The notes: generated by a model from the letters alone, not told the origin. DNA of 40,890 nt from Campylobacterales bacterium (GCA_029932985.1 JAOZPA010000004.1:1-40890); one strand, 5' to 3'; positions 29,805 through 38,851 are shown, numbered from the stretch's first letter. Numbers and translations are program-made.

Positions 29805-32453
29805 TTATAATCTTTCTATTAATTCAGAAAATTCAATTAAGTTTTGCTCTATTCCCTCAACATCGTAGGATTTAATATTTTCTATTAAAGTTTTTGTATA
29901 ATCTAAGACATCTTGGTTTTGAAACTCTTTACCAATCTCATAGACATTTCTTGCAAATACTTTACACTCTTTGAAATTTAGGATTTCCAGATTGTTTTTG
30001 TATTCATTTGAATTTTTAAGCTCCTCTAACTTCCAAATCAAATCTAAGTTATTGTATGTAACTTCTGAGATAGCTTCTCGTTTTGCTTTATCAATAGTGA
30101 GTTTAGTCTCTTTCAATCTCTCATTATTTTTAACACGATTTAAATTAATTGGGCAAATAATTTTTAGATGTGTACCCTCATTTATCTCACTTTGAATCTC
30201 TATATGATAATTTAATAGTTTAGTCAATTTTTTTACTATTGCAAAACCGATACCGAGAAAATCAACTACATCTTGAGGGGCATCATTTTTAAATGCATCT
30301 TGAATTCTTGCTAGATTTGTAGGGCTAATTCCCACTCCACTATCGCTAATTAAGATTATTAACTCATCATCATTGGAGGTTACTTCAATTTTAATAAAAC
30401 CTTTTTCGGTATATTTAATTGAATTATTAACCGCATTTATGATAATCTGTCGCAATCTTGTCTGGTCACTTTCGATAAATCTAGGAATATCATCACTTAT
30501 CTCTATTGAAAACTTAAGGTTTTTTTCAGTAATTTTCTGGATAAAAATATCTCTAATTTTGACGAAAAAATACTCTAAATCAATTGAAGTGTGGTAGAGT
30601 TTAATTTTTTTATGCTCTAGCAAACTTATATCAATAATATCATTGATAATTAGCAAAAGATTATCTCCACTCGCTTTTATTGACTCTAAATATTTCCTTT
30701 GAGTTTTTGTCAAATCATCATTTTCAAGCAGTTGAGCAAAACCTTTAATAGCATTTAATGGTGTCTTTAAATCATGAGAAATATTATTTATAAACTCATT
30801 TTTAATCTCTTTATTTCTCTTTAAAAAGTTTATATTATCATTAATTTTCTTCTTAAAAGAGATGTCAACAATCGCCAAAACCACTAAATCTGGATTTTTA
30901 TCAGTAATAGATGAACCTGTAATATGGCAATAAATATCTTTACCCTCGCTATTAATTAAAGTTTGTTCAATATCAAGCATTGAGCCTTGTTTAATTTTAT
31001 CTTCAATCTCATCTCGAAGACGACTAAAATCTTTTTTATTTAAATAGAGATTTTGCATCTCTTGCCCAACGATATTACTCTCTTTAAAATTAAAAAGTTT
31101 ACAAAATCCAGGATTTACCTCTATAATTCTCAAATTTTCATCTAAAAATAGAAAAGCAATCTTATTATTGGAAAAAATCATCTGTTTTTTCTGTGTTATA
31201 TCATCTAACACACCTCGGTTTTCTTGAAGTTGCTGTTGATAGTTGAAATTAATCTTATCCTTTTTTTCAATCTCTCCCTCTTTAACCGTCAACTCTTTTT
31301 TATGAATAGACATAATTTTTTTAACAAGCTGAATGAGAGTAAAAGAGATAGCTCCAATTGCTAAAAGTATTAGAAAACCAATAAACATCGATTCTTTCAA
31401 TCTTTTATCATATTTCTCACCAATCTCTAACTTTTTCTGCTCAATCTCCTGCTTGACTTTATCCACATCCACTCCAGCACTAATTAGCCATTGCCAATCA
31501 CTATAAAGGAAAAAGTAGGCGATATTATCTTTTTTTTGCCCATTTTGATAGGATTTAAAAACAATCCCTCTATTTAAAATATCTCGATTTATCTCATCTT
31601 GATATTGTCTTTTGAGATATGCAATCTCTTCACCACCCTTTATAGGTGCCATCAAAAGGTCTAAATTATCATACTCATCAATTTTAAAAATAGTGATTCT
31701 CTTATCTTTATCACTAATCCCCTTGACTTTCAACATTTCAATTGCACTATTTTTGATGTTTTTATCAAGATTATTTACATTTTTTGCATAACCCACAATC
31801 CAATTAAAAGGTTCAAAATAACTAGTAAAAGCCATCTTTTTAATTTTTAGAATAGAATCTTTATAAGTTTTCAAAGTTGTAAAATCAACATACCCCTTCT
31901 CCTCTATCTGAATCTTATTGTAAAAAGCCTCCACATATTTATATCCATTAGAATCAATATCTTCCGCACAATTCATCCCCTCTTTGAGAGTATTTGTGGG
32001 TAGAAGTTTCGCTACAATATTATTTCTAGCTTTAATCTCATATATAAATATCTCATTATGTTTATCACTATTACTCAATGTTTTTAAGATAGCAATAATC
32101 TCCCGTTTAATCTCTTTATCACTTTTTTCTGAAGACCTATTATACATCGCCGCGGCTAATTTAATCGCAGTTGTTGTATTAAATTGTAAATTATCTTTGA
32201 CTTTTTGTTTAGCTAAAAGTTTTTGATAATTGATTTGATTTACAACATCATGAACTTCACTTCTGATAGATTTTTTCTCCTTCTCTATCATCGTTTCTAA
32301 AATTTGTTCATTTTCTTTGTTGAACTCTTCCAGTGATTCTTGAAGCGATAAATTATAGTAGGCGATAACACCCATTATAAAAATTGCAAACACAATATTT
32401 AATGTAATTATATTTCTCGATAAATATTTCCCTCTCTCTGCTGTTGCCATCAT
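29805..32453 (-). CDS. sensor histidine kinase (TM-Cache-TM-PAS-HisKA-HATPase plus helical tail)
   Basis: Cache motifs (FIYE, YFEPFNWIVG, WQWLISAG), PAS (IIEVNPGFCKLF), H-box SHDLKTPLN, G1 DSGVGI. Confidence 0.88.
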   Translation of the reverse strand: MMATAERGKYLSRNIITLNIVFAIFIMGVIAYYNLSLQESLEEFNKENEQILETMIEKEKKSIRSEVHDVVNQINYQKLLAKQKVKDNLQFNTTTAIKLAAAMYNRSSEKSDKEIKREIIAILKTLSNSDKHNEIFIYEIKARNNIVAKLLPTNTLKEGMNCAEDIDSNGYKYVEAFYNKIQIEEKGYVDFTTLKTYKDSILKIKKMAFTSYFEPFNWIVGYAKNVNNLDKNIKNSAIEMLKVKGISDKDKRITIFKIDEYDNLDLLMAPIKGGEEIAYLKRQYQDEINRDILNRGIVFKSYQNGQKKDNIAYFFLYSDWQWLISAGVDVDKVKQEIEQKKLEIGEKYDKRLKESMFIGFLILLAIGAISFTLIQLVKKIMSIHKKELTVKEGEIEKKDKINFNYQQQLQENRGVLDDITQKKQMIFSNNKIAFLFLDENLRIIEVNPGFCKLFNFKESNIVGQEMQNLYLNKKDFSRLRDEIEDKIKQGSMLDIEQTLINSEGKDIYCHITGSSITDKNPDLVVLAIVDISFKKKINDNINFLKRNKEIKNEFINNISHDLKTPLNAIKGFAQLLENDDLTKTQRKYLESIKASGDNLLLIINDIIDISLLEHKKIKLYHTSIDLEYFFVKIRDIFIQKITEKNLKFSIEISDDIPRFIESDQTRLRQIIINAVNNSIKYTEKGFIKIEVTSNDDELIILISDSGVGISPTNLARIQDAFKNDAPQDVVDFLGIGFAIVKKLTKLLNYHIEIQSEINEGTHLKIICPINLNRVKNNERLKETKLTIDKAKREAISEVTYNNLDLIWKLEELKNSNEYKNNLEILNFKECKVFARNVYEIGKEFQNQDVLDYTKTLIENIKSYDVEGIEQNLIEFSELIERL

Positions 32454-33373
32454 AACACCTCCACTCTATTTCGACCATTTCTTTTCGCTTCATACATCCC
32501 CTCATCTGCTCTTAAAATCAATGTATCTTGTGTATCATTTTCCCTAAAAGCAGTTACCCCAAAACTACAAGTTATATTTTTATCTAACCCCTTAAATTCC
32601 CTCTCGGAAACTTTTAACCTTAATTTATTAGCAATCTCTTTCGCCCCATTTAAATCTGTTTTTGGCAAATAAAGAATAAACTCCTCTCCCCCCCATCTCG
32701 CAAATACATCTGAAATCCGAATCTCCCTTTTTACAACTTTTGCAATATCTACAAGCACAATATCCCCAACCTTATGCCCATAAGTATCATTAACTTTTTT
32801 AAAATGGTCAACATCAAAAAAGATAATAGACAACGGCTCTTTATACCTTTTCGTCTCGTTGATTTTCTCCTCTAAAAGCATATCAAACTTTAATCTATTA
32901 TAGATTTTTGTAAGTGAATCGGTACTTGCCAAAATTTTTTCCCGTCTTAATGCCTCTTTTAACTCACCAGTCCTTCTTTGTAGAGTCAGATGAGTATTTA
33001 CCCTCGCCATCAATTCAATCCCATTAAACGGCTTAGTGATATAATCCACCCCGCCAACGTGAAACCCAGTTCTAATACTCTCAGTGTCATCACGAGCAGT
33101 TATAAAAATTATAGGAATATCTTTAAAATAACTATTTTTTTTAATCTGCATACAGGTCTCAAATCCATCCATTATGGGCATCATAATATCCAATAATACC
33201 ATATCAAATTTCATCGCTTTAAGTGCTTTAATCGCCCCCTCACCACTATTCACAGCTGAGACATCAAATTTATTTGTCTCAAGAAGCGAAGCTAAAATTT
33301 GAATATTCAACTTATTATCATCTACAACTAAAATCTTAGAACCTCTATTATTATCTATATGCTCAAAACTCAT
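32450..33373 (-). CDS. response-regulator diguanylate cyclase (REC-GGEEF)
   Basis: REC (ILVVDD, LLDIMMP, IFITA, YITKP), TDSLT, RxxD I-site (RISD), intact RWGGEEF. Confidence 0.93.
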   Translation of the reverse strand: MSFEHIDNNRGSKILVVDDNKLNIQILASLLETNKFDVSAVNSGEGAIKALKAMKFDMVLLDIMMPIMDGFETCMQIKKNSYFKDIPIIFITARDDTESIRTGFHVGGVDYITKPFNGIELMARVNTHLTLQRRTGELKEALRREKILASTDSLTKIYNRLKFDMLLEEKINETKRYKEPLSIIFFDVDHFKKVNDTYGHKVGDIVLVDIAKVVKREIRISDVFARWGGEEFILYLPKTDLNGAKEIANKLRLKVSEREFKGLDKNITCSFGVTAFRENDTQDTLILRADEGMYEAKRNGRNRVEVL

Positions 33374-33541
33374 TTTCTACTCCATTCTAAAATTTTTAAT
33401 TTTTTTTAATTTTTTATACTTCTAAGTTTATAATTATAGAATCTATCTCTTTGAACTATATTAAGTTTATAAACTCATTTTATTTTATTGATTTTTCTTT
33501 AAGTTTGTTTATTTGAATATTTCGCTATCTATAAAATCCTA

Positions 33542-33579
33542 AATAAAACCTATAAAAGCCTTAACTGTGGGGTTTTATT
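33542..33579 (-). terminator. possible terminator after nadK
   Basis: AATAAAACC...GGTTTTATT inverted repeat. Confidence 0.4.
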
Positions 33580-33605
33580 GCAAATAATAGAGCTATAATG
33601 TTAAA

Positions 33606-34484
33606 CTATAACTGACCCCAATTTAATTTTTCCTTGATAGTTTGAAAATAATTTTTTTCAACCCTATGAATCATTTTTACACCTCTTTTCCCAATTTTCA
33701 CCTCAACAGACTCTAAATCCCTCATCCGATACACCTCTTGCCCATCAATAATGATAGATAAGTCACTATCACTTTTGAACTTTACTGAAAAATTTACAGG
33801 CATAATCAGTGGTCTTTGAGTGAGTGAATGTGGCGATATGGGGGTAAGAATAAGAGCTTGAGTTAGCGGATACACCACAGGTCCCCCAACGGAAAGATTA
33901 TAAGCTGTTGAGCCTGTGGGGGTTGAGAGAATCAAACCATCACCCTTGTAATTATTGATAATATGACCATTAACCAAAGCTTTAATATTGCACATTCCAT
34001 CGACACTATGTCTCGAAAAAACGGCATCATTAAATGCTACAACTTTACGACTTTTGCCATCTTTATAATTAAACTTAACAGTCAAAACCATACGATTATC
34101 TATCCGATATTCCCCAGCAAAAATTTTATCTAAAAAACTGCTACTCTCTTCACATTTTATATCGGTGAGAAAACCTAAATTCCCAGCATAAATCCCCAAA
34201 ATTGGTTTTTTAAATTTATAGCTTCTACGACAAAGTGAAATTAAAGTACCATCGCCACCAATCGCTATCAAAAAATCACTTTTTTTACACATCTTTTCAA
34301 ACTCAATCCCCTCACAGCCCAAAAGTGTTGAGGAGTATTTTGAAACATAAAGCTTAATTCCTAGCTTTTTTAACTTTTTTTTGATTTTAAGATAATGAAC
34401 TTTTAACTCTGGTGAATTTGGTCGAATCACAAGCCCCACTGCTCGAATCTTTTTCATTTTTTTAAAACTAGTTAGAATATCCAT
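33606..34484 (-). CDS. nadK: NAD(+) kinase
   Basis: GGDGT, GNLGFL, FND, GDGLILSTPTGSTAYNLS. Confidence 0.95.
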   Translation of the reverse strand: MDILTSFKKMKKIRAVGLVIRPNSPELKVHYLKIKKKLKKLGIKLYVSKYSSTLLGCEGIEFEKMCKKSDFLIAIGGDGTLISLCRRSYKFKKPILGIYAGNLGFLTDIKCEESSSFLDKIFAGEYRIDNRMVLTVKFNYKDGKSRKVVAFNDAVFSRHSVDGMCNIKALVNGHIINNYKGDGLILSTPTGSTAYNLSVGGPVVYPLTQALILTPISPHSLTQRPLIMPVNFSVKFKSDSDLSIIIDGQEVYRMRDLESVEVKIGKRGVKMIHRVEKNYFQTIKEKLNWGQL

Positions 34485-34487
34485 AGA

Positions 34488-35159
34488 TTATCTTTTGAAA
34501 ATAGAGCTACCAACCCTAACCATATTTGACCCACATTTAATAGCCAGTTCAAAATCCCCACTCATCCCCATTGAGCAATATTTCGCACCATTAGATTTTA
34601 GTTTTTCAAAAATATCATAACTATCCTCAAAACTTTTTTGAATCAATTTCACATCTTCACTCATCGCTCCAATACTCATAACCCCCAAAAGATTTAAATT
34701 TTTACAATTTTCTCTGATTTTTAAAAACTCTTCAATCGCTCGATTCTGCTCAATTCCATTTTTTTGTTTCTCATTTGCAGAATTTATCTGGAGCAAAATA
34801 TTCATCTTTCTATTTTTTATCTCAAGTCGTTTATCTATCTCGTGAGCTAACTCAAAACTCTCACAAGATTGCATCAAAAACGGATTTAAATCTATCAATT
34901 TATTAATCTTATTTTTTTGCAACCGACCCATAAAATGCCACTCCAACGGAATATCATCAAGCAAAGAGATTTTATTTTCCAAATCCTGCACACGATTTTC
35001 CCCAAAAGCCCTCTGCCCACATTCAAAAACATTTCGTACATCATTTGCTTGTGAATATTTACTAACTGCCACAATCTTCACAATATGATGCCCACTGACC
35101 CCAAGCCTAGCATCTTCAACTCGCTGTATTACATCATCTAAATTCATATTATAATTCAT
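34488..35159 (-). CDS. yggS: PLP homeostasis protein (YggS family)
   Basis: VAVSK, FGENRVQ, WHFMGRLQKNK, SMGMSGDF, VRVGS. Start moved to ATG 35159 after AAGGG. Confidence 0.93.
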   Translation of the reverse strand: MNYNMNLDDVIQRVEDARLGVSGHHIVKIVAVSKYSQANDVRNVFECGQRAFGENRVQDLENKISLLDDIPLEWHFMGRLQKNKINKLIDLNPFLMQSCESFELAHEIDKRLEIKNRKMNILLQINSANEKQKNGIEQNRAIEEFLKIRENCKNLNLLGVMSIGAMSEDVKLIQKSFEDSYDIFEKLKSNGAKYCSMGMSGDFELAIKCGSNMVRVGSSIFKR

Positions 35160-35387
35160 ACATACCCTTAATAGTTTTATTATAGCTTGATTTGTTGATA
35201 AAAAGATAAAATAGAGATTCAAAATGGAGAGATTTAATATTAACTTCTGATAATTTCCCTTGAAATTAATATTTTCTATATTTATTTTTAAACTAAATAT
35301 AAATTGAGTATTAAAGAAAAAAAATTTAAGCTTCAGTTCAATTTAGATAAGAAAAAAATATTTTTTGCTTTACTTTTATCTTTAATA

Positions 35388-35396
35388 TGATAAAAT
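35388..35396 (+). promoter_or_regulatory. probable extended -10 promoter
   Basis: TGATAAAAT 30 bp upstream of ATG 35427; GGAGG RBS follows. Confidence 0.45.
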
Positions 35397-35426
35397 TATA
35401 GATAAAATTTTATTTGGAGGCTTAAG

Positions 35427-36590
35427 ATGAAAAAAGTTATAAGATTTTCGCTAATAGCGATTTTGGCTACAAATGTTTATGCAAACTGGGATGATTTTTT
35501 AAAAGGTTCGGGGACTGAAGATGCAGTTCTGCACGATGATGGAAAAATTTATGATTCAGGGGTACTTTATAATGCAAAAGTGAGTTACCAATTTACAGTT
35601 TTTGATAATAACCAGCATCACGACGACAATGATAGAGTTTGGATTAAAATTGAGGGAGATGGAGTGACTATTGAAACTCCTAGAGATGGTTTAACCAAAG
35701 ATGAGTTAACCGACTGGGGAAAAGCAAATGCCGATGCCCTTATGAAAGCTATTTATGGTGGTGACCCAACTGCCACAATGTCTGGTCAATCCACCTCATC
35801 CTCATCTGCCGCAACAAAAAGCCGAAACTTAGGTATGATAAGCTCACTTAGCAACAATTTTTCATCCAAAGTTTTGATGAATAGTGAATCTGCAACTATC
35901 AAAAACAAAGGTGAAAGTGGTGATGCAAGTTCTGGAGTTTTAAACTACTCCTATGATTTTACAAATGGCGACAAATTAGGTTTTTTGACCACTTACCGAT
36001 ATACAAAAATCAATGACCACTGGGGTTCAAAATCTGGAAATCTCTCACTCATCCCATTTTACACCATAAATAGTATCATAAATAGTCAGCTCGACATTGC
36101 AACCACAATCAACTTAATCGGAAGTGCGGTATATTTGGAATCCTCAATTTTCCCAGATGGTGGCGGATATTTAGAATACGGTGCAGGGGCTGGAGTTATG
36201 CCTACATACAAAATCACCGAAAATTTTTGGCTAAATACAAGCTTGGCATATCAATACAGCAAAAAATATATCCCAAGCTCAAAAGTCCCTGAAGATTTAG
36301 AATTCGTCGCAGATGCCATCAATAATCTTGAACCTATGCAAACAATAAATTATGGAATCGGGGCAAAATATCACTTTACAAAACAATGGAGAGCTAGTGC
36401 CGATGTCCTACAAATTATGCAATTAGCAAGAGAGGATTTAGAGGAGGGGCGAGACAAAGCCACCTATTATATGGCACAAACTCAATATGATTTATACAGC
36501 TGGACTTTGGGTTTAGGATATAAAATCGTAAGAGATGTCGCAGATTACGAAGAGGACTCATATATGTTCACTTGTAAATATAATTGGTAG
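35427..36590 (+). CDS. outer-membrane beta-barrel protein with small N-terminal domain (autotransporter-like)
   Basis: Signal peptide (VYA), acidic ~100-aa domain, Ser-rich linker, amphipathic aromatic strands, C-terminal YMFTCKYNW beta-signal. Confidence 0.7.
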   Translation: MKKVIRFSLIAILATNVYANWDDFLKGSGTEDAVLHDDGKIYDSGVLYNAKVSYQFTVFDNNQHHDDNDRVWIKIEGDGVTIETPRDGLTKDELTDWGKANADALMKAIYGGDPTATMSGQSTSSSSAATKSRNLGMISSLSNNFSSKVLMNSESATIKNKGESGDASSGVLNYSYDFTNGDKLGFLTTYRYTKINDHWGSKSGNLSLIPFYTINSIINSQLDIATTINLIGSAVYLESSIFPDGGGYLEYGAGAGVMPTYKITENFWLNTSLAYQYSKKYIPSSKVPEDLEFVADAINNLEPMQTINYGIGAKYHFTKQWRASADVLQIMQLAREDLEEGRDKATYYMAQTQYDLYSWTLGLGYKIVRDVADYEEDSYMFTCKYNW

Positions 36591-36633
36591 CCTAAAGGTT
36601 TATGACCCTGCAAGAATACCCTATCAATTACAA

Positions 36634-36660
36634 AAAACCTCGAATCTCTTCGGGGTTTTG
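36634..36660 (+). terminator. intrinsic terminator
   Basis: AAAACCTCGAA-tctc-TTCGGGGTTTT stem-loop. Confidence 0.65.
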
Positions 36661-37442
36661 TATCTTTTTGCGTATCTTGTTAAAAAAAATTTAAAAAAAA
36701 ATAGAATAAAAATCTCAAAAATTAAAGCTATCTATAGTAAATAAAAAAAATATTTTTAAAGAAATAATAGACTTAAATATTGAAAATAATAAATTTTTCC
36801 AATAATAGAAAGTGTATTTCCGTAACATAAAACAAGTGTAATTTATAAAAAATACAATAGATTTTTTTTTCTCCAGATTAAGTGTTAATTTTGTATCATA
36901 TTGAATAGTTTAAAGAGATAAAATATATTAAAGGATATTAGAATATATGAAAAAAATGAAAATTTAAATAGTGTATTTAAAAGTCATTATTTTAGAAAAA
37001 ATACCTACCTATTGGGATTACTTTACTATATGAATATTTTATAAATTGCTGTTACTTTCCCTAGAATAAGGACTTTTATAGTAAAATAGAAGTATATTTG
37101 CAGATACAATATATATAATAAAAAGATAATTTTAAGTTAAGATATAGTTAATTTCTAAACTATTAAAACAAAATAATATCTTATATTAATTATAAGGTTA
37201 AATTTCATAAGACCTTTCTACTCCTTAAAAAAATATTTAATTTGTTACAAATTGTATCTACCCAAATTAAAATAAAAGCTATATTTAGTTAATTAGGATA
37301 AATTACATTTTTTAATATATCTTTTTGTATTTTTTAAGAAAAAGAGATAAATTTTAGATAAAATATGTGAATTTTTGCAACAAAAAATATTTATCTTTGT
37401 TAGTGTTAATATTTTTTATTAAGATAATTTTAATCTTAATAG

Positions 37443-37451
37443 TGATAGAAT
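37443..37451 (+). promoter_or_regulatory. probable extended -10 promoter of the repeat-protein operon
   Basis: TGATAGAAT 32 bp upstream of ATG 37484; GGAG RBS at 37475. Confidence 0.45.
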
Positions 37452-37483
37452 TCTTGAAATCTTTTATTAGAGACGGAGTTTTT

Positions 37484-37933
37484 ATGAAAAGAATAATTAT
37501 GCTTTGTTTGCTGTTTGGATTTGAATTAGCTATTGCTAGTTCAGTTAATAGTTTTAATAACTTTCAAGCAAATATGATAGATAATATTAAAGCTAAAAAT
37601 TCTGATATAAAGCAAGGTTCGATAGAGATTAAACATTCTACATTAGGAGATGTTGACAATAAGCAATTAAATGTAATTCGTGATGTTATTGTCAGTAATT
37701 CAGTTATTTCGCAGGGGGCTTTTGAGATTAAAGATTCTGACCTAAAAAATATTGAAAATAAGATGAAGAATGTGATTGAAAATAGTAAATTTTATAATTC
37801 GACTGTTTTCCAAGGGAAAGTTAAAGTTAGTAAGTCAAAACTGAGTAATTTTAAGAATAAGCAAAAATCTATTATTAGAAATGCAAATATTAGAAACTCA
37901 ACAATATCACAAGGTGTGATAACAATTAAATAA
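37484..37933 (+). CDS. secreted beta-repeat protein, 4 x 33 aa (candidate amyloid nucleator / minor subunit)
   Basis: Signal peptide ending AIA, then four repeats S-x-[VL]-x4-N-x-Q-x-N-x-I-x6-N-S-x-[IV]-x-Q-G-x3-[IV]. Start moved from 37367. Confidence 0.8.
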   Translation: MKRIIMLCLLFGFELAIASSVNSFNNFQANMIDNIKAKNSDIKQGSIEIKHSTLGDVDNKQLNVIRDVIVSNSVISQGAFEIKDSDLKNIENKMKNVIENSKFYNSTVFQGKVKVSKSKLSNFKNKQKSIIRNANIRNSTISQGVITIK

Positions 37934-37943
37934 GGTGTTTATT

Positions 37944-38324
37944 ATGAAGAAAATTATTATTTTATCAATGGTCGCAAGTTTAAGTCTTTTTGCTAGTTCA
38001 GTTAATAACTTTGCAAATGCACAAGAGAATAGAATAAATGGTTCCGATGTAGCAAATCATTCTACTTTAGCACAGGGAGCTACATCTGTTAGTGGTAATG
38101 CTGTGGTAAATAACTTTGCAAATGCGCAAGTAAATAAAGTTATTGGTTCTGAAGTTTTAAAGAAATCTAGCTTAACACAGGGTTCTACTTCTGTTGCTAA
38201 CTCTAGACTTACAAATTCTACAAACTTACAAAGTAATAAAGTAAAATATAGTAGTGTCCGAAATCATTCTGATGTATCACAAGGTTCTACAAATATCACA
38301 GATTGTGAGCAAGGCTGTGACTAG
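37944..38324 (+). CDS. secreted N/Q/S-rich beta-repeat protein, 3 x 34-35 aa plus CxxxC tail (candidate major amyloid subunit)
   Basis: Signal peptide ending LFA, three repeats with N-x-Q-x-N and S-x-[LV]-x-Q-G, ends CEQGCD. Confidence 0.82.
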   Translation: MKKIIILSMVASLSLFASSVNNFANAQENRINGSDVANHSTLAQGATSVSGNAVVNNFANAQVNKVIGSEVLKKSSLTQGSTSVANSRLTNSTNLQSNKVKYSSVRNHSDVSQGSTNITDCEQGCD

Positions 38325-38384
38325 TTGAAACAAACTACAACAATTTTGACTTTACGAAATAGTTGTAATTAGTTCAGCTTATAT

Positions 38385-38421
38385 ATAGGATTGAAATTTT
38401 TTGAGTTTCAGTCCTATTTTT
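38385..38421 (+). terminator. intra-operon stem-loop with U-tract
   Basis: ATAGGATTGAAA-n9-TTTCAGTCCTAT followed by TTTT. Confidence 0.6.
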
Positions 38422-38434
38422 CAAAGGTTTAAAA

Positions 38435-38851
38435 ATGAAATCTATTTTAATACTATCTATAATATTTTCCTCTTTACTTATCTCATCTAATGAAAGCTAT
38501 GAAGCATCAAAAGTGAAACACTACTCAAAAAAAAATAATGGTTTAAGTAATGATGGTAAAACTATATATAGATATGTAGAGGGCAAACATACAGTAAAAA
38601 CAAATAACATATCTTTAGGAAGTGTTAAGCAAACAAATTTAAAAAAAGGTCTAACTGTAAATAGTACAATAGATGGGTTAGATGTATTTGGTAAACAAAA
38701 AATAAGTAAATATAAAACAAAAATACTTGAAAAAAGGGAAGAAAACTCCACTGTTAGTAGAATTGGTGAGGTCGATTTAACAAAAGATAAAAACAAAGAT
38801 GTAAAAGAGGTCAATATCTATTTAAAAAATGTACAAATAAGAGTTAAATAA
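38435..38851 (+). CDS. small basic secreted hypothetical protein (candidate assembly accessory)
   Basis: Hydrophobic leader, AAAGG RBS, Lys-rich and beta-prone; sits between the repeat genes and the CsgG-like gene. Confidence 0.7.
   Translation: MKSILILSIIFSSLLISSNESYEASKVKHYSKKNNGLSNDGKTIYRYVEGKHTVKTNNISLGSVKQTNLKKGLTVNSTIDGLDVFGKQKISKYKTKILEKREENSTVSRIGEVDLTKDKNKDVKEVNIYLKNVQIRVK

Noticed and set aside
32688-32694. G7 tract at the WGGEEF codons as a phase-variation switch
   Set aside because: It arises naturally from TGG-GGG-GGA, is short for a Campylobacter contingency tract, and an equal run occurs in the housekeeping gene fmt (22550-22556).
36585-36615. Fragment resembling the 3' half of a c-di-GMP-I riboswitch (GCCTAAAGG...TATGAC)
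   Set aside because: No GGCAAA / GAAA-tetraloop / GCAAA 5' half, and it lies right after a stop codon, upstream of a terminator.
36535-36744. 69-aa ORF overlapping the end of the beta-barrel gene
   Set aside because: It runs through a terminator and poly-A tracts and has low-complexity composition.
37367-37483. 39-aa N-terminal extension of the first repeat protein in the ORF track
   Set aside because: A promoter-like TGATAGAAT and a GGAG RBS lie inside it, and a clean signal peptide begins at ATG 37484.
37484-38324. Naming the repeat proteins csgB/csgA or fapB/fapC
   Set aside because: Repeat length and consensus differ from curlin (~22 aa, QxGxxN) and FapC (NxAxGxxNQQxN), so only analogy is supported.
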